Source: an uncultured Acidobacteriota bacterium (GTDB lineage Bacteria; Acidobacteriota; Vicinamibacteria; Vicinamibacterales; UBA2999). From it: DNA of 64,000 nucleotides. The translations under genes and the position numbers were made by a program. Position 1 is the first letter of the stretch; each line of letters begins with the position of its first letter. Positions 1 to 8,443 of this stretch are shown one piece after another. The notes beneath the pieces were generated by a model. It was not told where the DNA came from and did not search any database. It saw only the letters and a list, made by a program, of their open reading frames with translations. The stretch covers positions 5,295-69,294 of the forward strand of contig CAWHBF010000010.1 in the NCBI GenBank assembly GCA_963827515.1. The letters run 5' to 3'.

Positions 1-412
1 CTGACTCTGGGATGAAGTTGATGCCGAGCTTGCCGTAGACGAAGGTGATCGACTCTTCCGGCCCTTCGTCGCCGGGGCCCGACCAGTCGATCTTGGTGGT
101 AAAGACCGTACCAAACTTGAAGCGGAGGAACTCCCCGCTGGCAGCCTCGTGGCCGATCCTACGCATCGAAACGGTGACAGTTTTGTAGTGTGCGCCCACA
201 CAACAGTTCTTGAAGAACGCAGGGGACGACTGGTCCGACGTCTTCTTGATGGTGAACTCGTTGAACGCGATCTTGCCAGTGCCGGCGCCACCCGTCGCCG
301 AGCCGATCGTCGTTACATTTTCGACGCCGAACGAAAAATCCTTGATCTCGAATGCTTCGGGCACCGAGCCCACGCTGATGCTCTCGAACGTGATGAACGC
401 ATTGACGGCCAT
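1..412 (-). CDS. hcp: Type VI secretion tube protein Hcp (TssD); C-terminus runs off the left window edge
   Basis: Reverse-strand ATG at 412 with AGGAG just upstream (revcomp of 421-429). Translation MAVNAFITFESISVGSVPEAFEIKDFSFGVENVTTIGSATGGAGTGKIAFNEFTIKKTSDQSSPAFFKNCCVGAHYKTVTVSMRR... aligns motif for motif with P. aeruginosa Hcp1 (MAVDMFIK..EIDVLAWSWGMSQSGS..GGGAGKVNVQDLSFTKYIDKSTPNLMMACSSGKHY). It is missing from the ORF track because it has no stop inside the window. Confidence 0.85.
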   Translation of the reverse strand, partial: MAVNAFITFESISVGSVPEAFEIKDFSFGVENVTTIGSATGGAGTGKIAFNEFTIKKTSDQSSPAFFKNCCVGAHYKTVTVSMRRIGHEAASGEFLRFKFGTVFTTKIDWSGPGDEGPEESITFVYGKLGINFIPES

Positions 413-831
413 GATTGAACTCTCCTGGGTGCGATAGAGGGAGCCGAACCGCGATAGCCGATGCCAATTATGGTGCAATGAAGACGCAAGTCAATCGTCC
501 AGAGCCGTGCGCCCTGAACGCGCGCGCTGAAAAAACAACAGACGCCGCCGCTGAGCTTGCCCAGGGATGCAGGAGCCGCCGGCGAGCAGGATGCGCCGTT
601 GAGGATCGGCCATCGTCGTGATGCGTATTTGCGGCGAAGACACCGGCGCGGCAATCAGAAAAGGATGCGCCAGAGGAGCGGGCCGGTTAAGGCGACTCGC
701 CGCAACCGATCAAATTGTTGCAGAACATTTCGCATGAGGTTCCAACTCGCGAAAGCGCGGTTCACCACGAATTTTTCATCAACATTCGATTGGCGCTCGG
801 CCACTCGTCGCCTGAAACCCTAACTGAAACC

Positions 832-929
832 CTAGAGCGGTTTGCGTTTCGCCGTAGAGCGCACGCTTTAGCGTGCGCGTGTCCGCGGAGGCTTAAGCCT
901 CCGCTCTACGCCGAATCGAAAAGCGGTCC
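832..929. repeat. Palindromic intergenic repeat, copy A (REP/MITE-like, about 100 bp)
   Basis: Outer arms GCGTTTCGCCGTAGAGCG (844-861) and CGCTCTACGCCGAATCG (902-918) are imperfect reverse complements. There are two perfect internal 8-bp hairpins, GCGCACGC-TTTA-GCGTGCGC (859-878) and GCGGAGGC-TTAA-GCCTCCGC (885-904). The same element recurs at 10916-11023 and, degenerate, at 53032-53100. Confidence 0.65.
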
Positions 930-973
930 AACGTATCCGCACGATTAGAAGTCGGATCAACGTCAAGGTCCGT

Positions 974-1475
974 TCAGCGTCGAAACAATCGCAGAATGGA
1001 GAGCCAGACCGGTCGGCCCCTGTCGTAAATCACCGTATTGGAATCCGTCAGCGTGATGCGCGCCTCGTGCTGCGCACTGACCGCGGGACTGCCGTCCTTG
1101 GCCGGCGCACCCATGACGGTAATGCCCTGGCCGGATTTCAGTTTCTCGCCATCCCATCCGGCTCGGCGCAACGAAGACGCCGAGAGCTAGCTCGATGTGC
1201 CAGCGACGGACAGTCCCTTGTTCGTCCTTCGCCTCGAACACGATCGATGAATGCGGATTGACGAGACGGAGCTCGACCACAGTGCCGACGAGCGTGACGG
1301 GACGGCTGGCGTCGAAGTCGGACAGGGATTCGGAATGGTGGGCCGACGCCGTCGAGGGTGGCTGCAGCAGCACTACGCACCAGATGATTCCCCACGCCAG
1401 ACCATAGGCTCGCCGCGACACGCGTCGAACTCTTTTCACACGATGTCGTTCGAGGAGAAGCGCACCTGACCCCAT
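974..1475 (-). pseudogene. DUF6152-like exported protein, reading frame interrupted near 1170-1186
   Basis: ORF 963..1475 gives a signal-like N-terminus then AHHSESLSDFDASRPVTLVGTVVELRLVNPHSSIVFEAKDEQGTVRRWHIEL. The family-typical continuation ..SSLRRAGWDGEKLKSGQGITVMGAPAKDGSPAV.. lies in the frame of ORF 974..1171. Removing one G from GG restores a single frame. Confidence 0.55.
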
Positions 1476-1606
1476 CCGGCAACTATACGGCGAGAGTAGG
1501 GATCAGGTTCAGCCATGGTACGTTCTTGCCCGATGGGCGAGGAACGGATTCGCGATGTCATCGAAGGTGCCGAGACGAGAGGCTTCTCGCGGTTAGCTGC
1601 GGCCCG

Positions 1607-2758
1607 CTAATCCGACGCTGGCAGACGTGTGATTTGCGTCGCAGCCACATCGTCGGATGTGGCGCGTGACTGACCGTCATGGCGGTCATCCGATGGTGTC
1701 GCGGCGATGTCGCGCCGGCGATTGGGGCCGAAGGAATACACGGTCACACGCCACTCTCGTGCCGCCGTGCTCTCGATGAGGAGCCAATACGGCGAACCCC
1801 ACGGATCGATTCCGTAGCGACGCCGCACGGCAGCGGCGCCTGCCGGCTCGCCACAGGCCACGCCTCCAAACTGAGGCAACGCGGCAGCGTGGAGGTAGCC
1901 ATCGGTGACCGAAGACCAGACGCGCTTGTGGACGCGGCGCATGCGCCACAGGGTGTCCGTCCCCGCCCGGCCGAAGGCGAGATCTTCGACCAGGCTTCGG
2001 ACTTCGGCAGCCGCGCAGGCGAGTCGCGTCTCGTCGCGCCCCCGCTCGAGCGCGCCCACAAGCGATGTCATGGCCACCCCGAACGCGACCGTGAGCGCCA
2101 AGGCTGGCCACGCGATCATTGCAGCTGGCCTCGTCGACATCATGAACAATCCACCCGCCAGGAGTTCCACCCACTCGCCTGTCAACGTGAAGGGATACCA
2201 CCAGAGCAGGAGGATGGCTGCCGCGTACCAAGGCACCAGGGCCGCTTCTGGCGGCGTGACGCGGACGCGCTCGAACAACGCGCGAGTCCAAATGACGCGT
2301 GCCAGCAAGGGTAGCAGCAGACCGTACCCGGCCAGCACAACCATCAGAACTGATCCAGGCTGCACGGATTGGGGCAGGTTGTGCACACTCAGTTCCTGTT
2401 GGACGTTGTAGCGAAGAAAAAACTCCGGAGGGAAATAGCCCAGCAGACGCTGACCCCAACTGAACTCCTCGCCCGCGACGAACAGGCAGAAGAGCGCCAC
2501 CATCCCGTCACCCGCGCGGCGTGCCTGAAGGGACCGGCCCAGGCCGAGCACGCCGGCCACCAGAAACAGCCAGACGGTCCCCCACTCGACGACGCGGTCC
2601 TCCTGCAGAAGCATTCGGTACCAGTCAGGGGCTCTGCTGCCAAGCCACAACATCACCCCTACCCACGAAGCCGCCAGCAGATGGAACCCACGAGACGCTG
2701 TCGGACGCGGCGTCGCGCCACCAGGTGCCTGCCGAAAGGCCGAAGTCAAACTATTCAT
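1607..2758 (-). CDS. Polytopic membrane protein with a soluble C-terminal domain carrying a GspG-like DPWGSPY motif
   Basis: Part of ORF 1607..2908; I chose the internal ATG at 2758 (MNSLTSAF..). Multiple hydrophobic helices (WVGVMLWLG, VWLFLVAGVLGLG, MVALFCLFVAG, LMVVLAGYGLLLPLL, AAAILLLWWYPF, AWPALALTVAFGVAM). The C-terminal segment is RRRYGIDPWGSPYWLLIES..VYSFGPNRRRD. Confidence 0.55.
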   Translation of the reverse strand: MNSLTSAFRQAPGGATPRPTASRGFHLLAASWVGVMLWLGSRAPDWYRMLLQEDRVVEWGTVWLFLVAGVLGLGRSLQARRAGDGMVALFCLFVAGEEFSWGQRLLGYFPPEFFLRYNVQQELSVHNLPQSVQPGSVLMVVLAGYGLLLPLLARVIWTRALFERVRVTPPEAALVPWYAAAILLLWWYPFTLTGEWVELLAGGLFMMSTRPAAMIAWPALALTVAFGVAMTSLVGALERGRDETRLACAAAEVRSLVEDLAFGRAGTDTLWRMRRVHKRVWSSVTDGYLHAAALPQFGGVACGEPAGAAAVRRRYGIDPWGSPYWLLIESTAAREWRVTVYSFGPNRRRDIAATPSDDRHDGQSRATSDDVAATQITRLPASD

Positions 2759-2816
2759 GGACCGCCGGTGCTCGCGCCGAAGGCTGAAGTGAGTCGACGC
2801 CGGCCTGATGTCGACG

Positions 2817-3561
2817 CTAGTTCCTGAGCACGATACGGTCGACCTGAACCTCGTTCGCCTGTCGTCGTCCGCGGACCTCCACCCTGAGGTTGTTCCGGAT
2901 GCTGGCACAGGCGCTGTCGAATCTGGTTGCGGTGCCGGTCTTGAACGCGACGCCAGTCAGGCCATTCACGTTGAATGTGATACTCGGGCATGTTCCAGTC
3001 AAGCTCGATACCACGCCCCTGAAGTCGCCGTTGTCATTTCTGTCGTCAGGAGTCAGCGTCAGAGTCATCGTCAGAGTCATCGTCAGAGTCGTCATCGTTG
3101 TCACGATTGCCCCTGGGCTGGCGGCGGTCGGCTTCGATGCGAATGCTGTTGTCGGTGAGCCGGACCGTGATGTCGATCTGATCGCCGGTCTGGACACCTT
3201 TCACTGTCAGCGTGGCATCGAGTCCCGTGCCTTTAAAATTGAGCTGCACATCGCCGGTAGGGACGTTGCTCAACTGGAACCGTCCGGAGCGATCGACAGT
3301 GGTAGAGATGCTCGTCCCGACGACGGTTACGATGACAGGTAGACTCGCTAAGGTCGTGGCAACGTCTGACGACGACAATGTCGAAAGCGAGAGGCCATTG
3401 ACGGTGCCGGAGATAACGGCGCCAGTCGAGGAGGCACCCCGTCCGCCGGCGGCCGATGGCGATGTTGGCGAAGACGATCCGTCTTGACTGCAGGCCGCCG
3501 CAAAAAGGGCAACCATCGTCCAGCTCGCTAAGGTGGCGAATCGGCAGGAGAAAGCGGTCAT
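2817..3561 (-). pseudogene. Lipoprotein with a CarboxypepD_reg-like domain, acidic DS-repeat linker and DUF5666-like domain; frame interrupted at about 3040-3056
   Basis: ATG at 3561 with AAGGAGG upstream and a lipobox (LFAAAC). GRFQLSNVPTGDVQLNF is typical of carboxypeptidase-regulatory-like folds. The ORF stops at 3046 right after DDDSDDDSDDDSDADS. The next frame (ORF 2817..3197) continues DDRNDNGDFRGVVSSLTGTCPSITFNVNGLTGVAFKTGTATRFDSACASIRNNLRVEVRG, which is DUF5666-like. Confidence 0.6.
3058..3093. repeat. 12-bp tandem repeat GTCAGAGTC(A/G)TC x3, encoding the (DDDS)n linker on the minus strand
   Basis: Direct reading: gtcagagtcatc gtcagagtcatc gtcagagtcgtc at 3058-3093. Confidence 0.85.
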
Positions 3562-3823
3562 TCAGACCTCCTTGATGGGCTAAGGTCCAGCCTGGCTAAT
3601 AGAGGCAAGTCTCGTTCCGTGGGAGCTGACAGCTGCTATCTCTTTGGTACATTTATACTTACAGACTTCGACGGCACACCCGGCGACTCGAGACTGTGGA
3701 GTTGACTTGTAAAAGGTGCTCGCGCGACTTGTGGCCGACCGGGCTGTTCAGCTTGGCTCCCCCGAACGGCGTACAAGTTGGAGCGAAACAAGGAGCGGCG
3801 GACGCCGCCAGATCGCAACGGTG

Positions 3824-4837
3824 ATGTATACCCAGATACGCAGCCTCGCGTGTGCAAGTGCGTGCCTCGTTGCGCTGACCGCCTGTAGCAGGCAGGCAGC
3901 GACCAGCAGTCGCGCAGTGAGCGCCGGCTTCGTCTTCACAGCGGCGGGCGACTACGGGACGAGTCCAGAGGCGGCTGCCACGCTCGACCTCGTCAGGCGA
4001 TCGTCGGCACGCTTTCATCTCGCACTAGGCGATCTCGCCTACAACAACGAGCCCGAAGCGAACTGGTGTCAGTGGGTCGGCCAGCGCGTCGGCGGAACGT
4101 TCCCGTTCTTGCTCATTCCCGGCAACCACGAGGACGACTTCGGCGAGCATGGGCACATCACGCAATTTGCCGAGTGTCTTCCGGACAGGCTCCGCGTGAC
4201 CGGCACGTATCCCACCGAATATTTCTTCGACTATGGAGAGCGAGTCCGCGTGATTCTGATCTCGCCAGATCTGACCGTCAAGGGTGAACACTACTATTAC
4301 GGAGACGGCAATTCACATTACAAGTGGCTGGTCGACGCGATCGACGACGCACGCGCGGCCGGACTCCCGTGGGTGGTTGTCGGGATGCACAAGAGCTGCG
4401 TCAGCGTCGGCCAGTACTACTGCGGGATCTACTCCCAGCTCATGGACCTTCTTCTCGAGAAGCGCGTGGATGTGATCCTGCATGGTCACGACCATTCGTA
4501 TCAGCGCACCAAGCAGCTTGCGCTGGGTCCCGGATGCCCATCGCTTCCAATCGATGGCTACGATCCGGCGTGCGTCGCCGATGAGCGGGAGGGCGAGTAC
4601 ATGCAGGGTCACGGCACCGTGTCGGTCATTGTCGGGACCGCCGGTCAGGAACTGTACCAACTGAATCCTGAGGATCCAGAGGCCGGTTATTTCGTGCGGT
4701 GGATGGGCGCTGAGAGAGCGCGCCACGGCCTGCTGAGGATTGAAATTACTACGTCGATGCTCTCGGCCGCGTTCCTCCCTTCCACCGGCACGTCAGACTT
4801 CGCTGACCGGTTCGTGATCCACCGGAGCGGTCAGTAG
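3824..4837 (+). CDS. Calcineurin-like metallophosphoesterase lipoprotein
   Basis: Internal ATG at 3824 of ORF 3716..4837 gives MYTQIRSLACASACLVALTACS (lipobox). Metallophosphoesterase motifs GDYG, GDLAY, GNHED and HGHDHSYQR are present. Confidence 0.8.
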   Translation: MYTQIRSLACASACLVALTACSRQAATSSRAVSAGFVFTAAGDYGTSPEAAATLDLVRRSSARFHLALGDLAYNNEPEANWCQWVGQRVGGTFPFLLIPGNHEDDFGEHGHITQFAECLPDRLRVTGTYPTEYFFDYGERVRVILISPDLTVKGEHYYYGDGNSHYKWLVDAIDDARAAGLPWVVVGMHKSCVSVGQYYCGIYSQLMDLLLEKRVDVILHGHDHSYQRTKQLALGPGCPSLPIDGYDPACVADEREGEYMQGHGTVSVIVGTAGQELYQLNPEDPEAGYFVRWMGAERARHGLLRIEITTSMLSAAFLPSTGTSDFADRFVIHRSGQ

Positions 4838-4936
4838 CCATCTGAGAATGCCGCGTTCTGCCCTCTGATCGGAAACTCCTCGAGAAATCTAACGTTTTTG
4901 ACCGTTATTGACGGCCAGGTCCAGTTCTTAATCTGC

Positions 4937-4967
4937 GGTTGTGGGGTTCGATTCCCCCCGGCTCACC
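4937..4967 (+). other. tRNA/tmRNA 3-prime-end-like fragment (T-arm plus acceptor strand only)
   Basis: GGGGTTCGATTCCCC (4943-4957) is a canonical T-stem/loop, followed by CCGGCTCACC. No matching 5-prime acceptor strand, D-arm or convincing anticodon arm lies upstream, so this is not a functional tRNA. Confidence 0.35.
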
Positions 4968-5793
4968 GCGCTAAGCCGTTTCAATTAACGGCTCTATCGT
5001 GATGTGACTTCCTCGGCGCCTCTGACGGGGGCGCCGCTGTGTGCGAATCGTGCGCGAAATTGTGGGGTTGCTGCCTCCATCCGGTCGAGCGCCCCAGCCA
5101 ACCGCGCCAGCCGGCGCCGAGGAAGCCGAACCCTAACAGCGACTGCGTGGTTCAGGCTGATGGCCGGATCGCCTTTAACGAGCCAGCCCGTGAAACCAGT
5201 GGGAATCGGTCGGCCCGAATGGGCCGTTGGCGACGAACGTCGGTTTGGGGGGCCGCTCTCGAGACGTCACCACGGCATTTCGTGACGCTCCACCGTCGGT
5301 AGTAACCGACGACGAGGCTGCTTGGCCGCGGGTGGCGAGTGAAGTTGCCTGCTGGCCGGGCGACGCACGCCCGCGTCAGAACGCAGTGAGAATGGCGAGC
5401 GTCAGCAAGCCCGCGGCGAGGAAGGCCAGCCAACGGTCGCGCTGTCGATGTGCCACCATCGGGCGTGTCCAACTACCGACGATCGGCGCGCCGTTCTCTG
5501 TGCGGAAGCACGCTTCCCTGGGCGCGTCGCCGATCCGGCTTCATACGAAAGAAGACCCCGTCATCAAAGGTCGCGCCGCGCGGCACAGTCCGCACCTCCA
5601 GCGCGAGCGCGGTCAAAGTCGCCTGAACGTCCGGGATACGCATGGACCCATCATCGTGCGGGTTGGAGTGCGTCATAGGCCTTCCCCCCTAGCAAACGGC
5701 GTGCCCGAGCGACAGGCATGTCTTGCGCGAGCCGAAGGCGGACTCTGGACGCCTGAGCGCTCGTTCAGCGGTGTGACGGCGCATACTGTCAGC

Positions 5794-7191
5794 ATGTCAG
5801 CCCGCACGCGGACCGAGTCCGATAGTTTTGGGTCAGTCGAGGTGCCCGCCGACCGGCTCTGGGGAGCGCAGACGGAGCGCGCCCGCCACCATTTCGGCGA
5901 CACGGGCGAACCGATGCCGCTGGCGCTGGTGCATGCGATCGCTCGTGTAAAGCGCGCGGCGGCACGGGTCAACAAGGACCTGAACCTCATCGATCCCCGG
6001 GTGGCGGAGGCCATCGTGTCCGGAGCGACGGAAATCATCGACGGCCGCCACGACGCCGAGTTCCCACTCCCGGTCTGGCAGAGCGGCAGCGGCACGCAGA
6101 CGCACATGAATGTGAACGAGGTCCTTGCCAATCGCGGCAGCGAGCTTCTCGGTGGCGTCCGCGGCACAGGACGGCTCGTCCACCCCAACGACGACGTAAA
6201 TCGCGGCCAATCGAGTAACGACGTAATTCCTACTGCCATGCACCTGTGTGCGATCGACGTGCTTGACCGCCGGCTGCGTCCAGCGGTCGACGGACTGAGC
6301 CGGGCCTTCGAACAGAAGGCCGAGGCGTTTGCCGATGTGGTCAAGGTGGGACGTACCCACCTCCAGGACGCGGTGCCGATGACGCTCGGCCAGGAGGTGT
6401 CCGGCTACGCGGCACAGCTCGATAGGGCATGCGAGGCAATCGAACGCACGGAAACGCCCCTGTTCGAGCTGGCGATTGGCGGCACCGCCGTGGGAACCGG
6501 GCTGAACGCACATCCGCAGTTCGGAACGCGGGTCGCGGCTCGCCTTGCGCAGGAAACGGGGCGACCGCTCGTGACGGCCACGAACCGATTCGCCCTCATC
6601 GCCAGCCACGACGCGCTCGTTCAGGCGCACGGAGCGCTCCGGACGCTCGGCTGTGTGCTCATCAAGGTCGCGAACGACATTCGCTGGCTGGCATCAGGGC
6701 CTCGATGCGGGCTGGGCGAGCTCCGGCTGCCCGAGCACGAGCCAGGAAGCTCGATCATGCCCGGAAAGGTCAATCCGACACAGGCCGAAGCCCTCGTCAT
6801 GGCCGCGACCCAGGTGCTCGGCAACGACGTCACGATGGGCATCGCGGGGGCCGGCGGTCAGCTGGAGCTGAGCACCTACAAGCCGCTCCTGATTGCGACG
6901 TTCCTGCAAAGCGCGCGACTGCTGTCCGACGGGTGCGAGCGCTTCCGCGCGTACGCGGTGGAAGGCCTCGAGGCGGATCGGTCACGAATCGGGGAGTTGA
7001 TGAACCGGTCGCTGATGCTCGCGACCGCGCTGACGCCTCACATCGGCTATGACCAGGCAGCGAAAATTGTCAGAGCGGCGCATGCCAGCGGACGCATGCT
7101 GCGAGAGGTTGCCGTGGAGCACGGCGTCGACGCCGAGTCGTTCGACCGCTGGACCGACCCCAGGTCGCTGACCGGCGCAGACGAGTCGTAG
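5794..7191 (+). CDS. fumC: Class II fumarate hydratase
   Basis: Internal ATG at 5794 of ORF 5227..7191 gives about 465 aa. Diagnostic motifs: SDSFGSVEVPADRLWGAQT, WQSGSGTQTHMNVNEV, GQSSNDVIPTAMH, GSSIMPGKVNPTQAEAL. Confidence 0.95.
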   Translation: MSARTRTESDSFGSVEVPADRLWGAQTERARHHFGDTGEPMPLALVHAIARVKRAAARVNKDLNLIDPRVAEAIVSGATEIIDGRHDAEFPLPVWQSGSGTQTHMNVNEVLANRGSELLGGVRGTGRLVHPNDDVNRGQSSNDVIPTAMHLCAIDVLDRRLRPAVDGLSRAFEQKAEAFADVVKVGRTHLQDAVPMTLGQEVSGYAAQLDRACEAIERTETPLFELAIGGTAVGTGLNAHPQFGTRVAARLAQETGRPLVTATNRFALIASHDALVQAHGALRTLGCVLIKVANDIRWLASGPRCGLGELRLPEHEPGSSIMPGKVNPTQAEALVMAATQVLGNDVTMGIAGAGGQLELSTYKPLLIATFLQSARLLSDGCERFRAYAVEGLEADRSRIGELMNRSLMLATALTPHIGYDQAAKIVRAAHASGRMLREVAVEHGVDAESFDRWTDPRSLTGADES

Positions 7192-7218
7192 TTACAACGG
7201 TTTGTAACTCGTACAAAC
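7191..7218 (+). terminator. Overlapping AT-rich hairpins just after the fumC stop
   Basis: GTTACAA-CGGT-TTGTAAC (7191-7208) overlaps GTTTGTA-ACTCG-TACAAAC (7200-7218). It lies between convergent genes and has no clear U-tract. Confidence 0.3.
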
Positions 7219-7261
7219 TCAGATCGGAAAATCAGACGGCTGTCGCCCTCAGCCCGCGACT

Positions 7262-7486
7262 TCAGACCACCGCTGGAACAACCGGACCGTCACCGGGCGG
7301 CGGGTCATCAACCGGTGGCGGGGCCTTGGGCAGGGGCGGCTCCTTCCTTGGCTCAGGAGGCGGCTCCGTCGGCGGCAGCGGCGGCGGTTTCGGGGAGGGC
7401 GGGTACGGTGCCGGCGGCGGCGGCTGCGGAGGAACCGGCTGCGTCGGCAAAGGGTCCGCCTCGCCTTTCATCGAAAATTCCTTCAT
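7262..7486 (-). CDS. Hypothetical proline-rich protein (low complexity)
   Basis: MKEFSMKGEADPLPTQPVPPQPPPPAPYPPSPKPPPLPPTEPPPEPRKEPPLP.. from ATG 7486. There is no clear RBS, and the opposite strand reads as a Gly-rich ORF, so the coding status is uncertain. Confidence 0.25.
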   Translation of the reverse strand: MKEFSMKGEADPLPTQPVPPQPPPPAPYPPSPKPPPLPPTEPPPEPRKEPPLPKAPPPVDDPPPGDGPVVPAVV

Positions 7487-7717
7487 CGTTGGCCGTTCCG
7501 CAAGGCCCGTACCCAGGTATGCGCGACGCCAGTGGCGGGGCTCTTGCACCTCTAGGCCATGCCCGTTGTGGACGCCGGTCAGCATCCGCCACATTAGGGC
7601 AGCCGTGAACGGCGCGCACGCGATCGGTGCGTGCGTCTTGAGACTTGGGTGCCACGGCATCCCCACGCGACGAAGCCAGACGGCTCCGTATGGTCGTACT
7701 GGAGAACGCGCAAAAAT

Positions 7718-8443
7718 ATGCTCCGGGCCCGAAGCCACGCCGAAGACCTCCGCCAGCAGTCGGAGTGGCTGCACGTCACGCTGGCCAGCATCGGTGATGC
7801 CCTCATCTGCATCGGCACGGATGGGCGGGTCACTTTCGTAAACGATGTCGCCCACTCCCTCACACGCTGGACCCACACCCAGGCGCTGCGACACCCGCTA
7901 TTGGACGTGGTCCGAATCCTGGACGAACAGACGCGACAGGAGACGAGCAACCCCGCGCTCCAGGCCTTGGAAACGGGAACGCCCGTCGGTCTCGCAACAC
8001 ATATCCTGATCGCCAAGGACGGTACCGAGGTTCCCATCGACGACAGCGCGGCACCCATCCGCTCCGCGAACGGGCGAATCCTGGGTTCGATTCTGATCTT
8101 TCGAGACGTCACGAGGCGGTATCGCGCCGAACGAGCACTGCGCGACAGCGAGGAGCGTCTGCGACTTAGCGACCAGCGCGGCGCAGTTGGGCATCTGGGT
8201 CTGGCACTTCAGAGAGGATCGAATCGTCTGGGATCAGCAACGCACACCCGAGATCTTCAAGCTCCCGTGGACGTCCATGCCTGCGTCACTGAGCCGCGTG
8301 AAGACCGACGTCCTTCATCCCGACGATCGCCCGGCTCTCGACGCCGCACTCTCGGCGACCCTCGAAACGGATGTGGACCTGAACTTCATCGGTCGATTCC
8401 AGAGAGCGGATGGCGCGGTCCGCTGGCTCGAGTTGACGGGTAG
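7718..8443 (+). CDS. N-terminal PAS fragment of the hybrid sensor kinase below (meaningful sequence ends at about 8167)
   Basis: ATG 7718: MLRARSHAEDLRQQSEWLHVTLASIGDALICIGTDGRVTFVNDVAHSLTRW...ILIFRDVTRRYRAERALRDSEERLRL is a PAS domain plus linker. After 8167 this frame becomes Arg-rich nonsense. The expected continuation ATSAAQLGIWVWHF is in the frame of ORF 8187. Confidence 0.7.
   Translation: MLRARSHAEDLRQQSEWLHVTLASIGDALICIGTDGRVTFVNDVAHSLTRWTHTQALRHPLLDVVRILDEQTRQETSNPALQALETGTPVGLATHILIAKDGTEVPIDDSAAPIRSANGRILGSILIFRDVTRRYRAERALRDSEERLRLSDQRGAVGHLGLALQRGSNRLGSATHTRDLQAPVDVHACVTEPREDRRPSSRRSPGSRRRTLGDPRNGCGPELHRSIPESGWRGPLARVDG

Noticed and set aside
451-467. Sigma54-like element TTGGCATCGGCTATCGC upstream of hcp (minus strand)
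   Set aside because: The GG-to-GC spacing is 11 nt instead of the strictly required 10, and the -12 box reads TCGC. It is tempting because hcp genes are often sigma54-dependent, but the match fails.
812-835. Tandem CTGAAACCCTAA/CTGAAACCCTAG containing the telomere-like hexamer CCCTAA
   Set aside because: There are only two copies, at the edge of repeat copy A. It gives no evidence of a linear replicon end and is most simply a local duplication.
4920-4967. A full tRNA-Lys(CTT) reading of the tRNA-like fragment
   Set aside because: A TTCTTAA loop can be placed at the anticodon position, but the flanking stem pairs at only about 3 positions. There is no D-arm or 5-prime acceptor strand, so only the T-arm and acceptor remnant is reported.
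5152-5676. Two minus-strand ORFs in the same frame separated only by a TAG (possible read-through or recoded gene)
   Set aside because: Neither half shows a recognisable family or convincing composition. The second ORF simply restarts at a TTG right after the stop, and nothing supports recoding.
5227-5793. 189-aa N-terminal extension of fumC offered by the ORF track
   Set aside because: The extension is Arg-rich nonsense. FumC homology starts at MSARTRTESDSFG (ATG 5794), which gives the normal length of about 465 aa.
6223-6239. 17-nt exact repeat GTAATTCCTACTGCCAT shared between fumC coding sequence and the intergenic region at 14113-14129
   Set aside because: One copy encodes the conserved SSNDVIPTAMH motif and the other is non-coding. 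There is no flanking similarity, and a single 17-mer coincidence is not far from chance in a window of this size.
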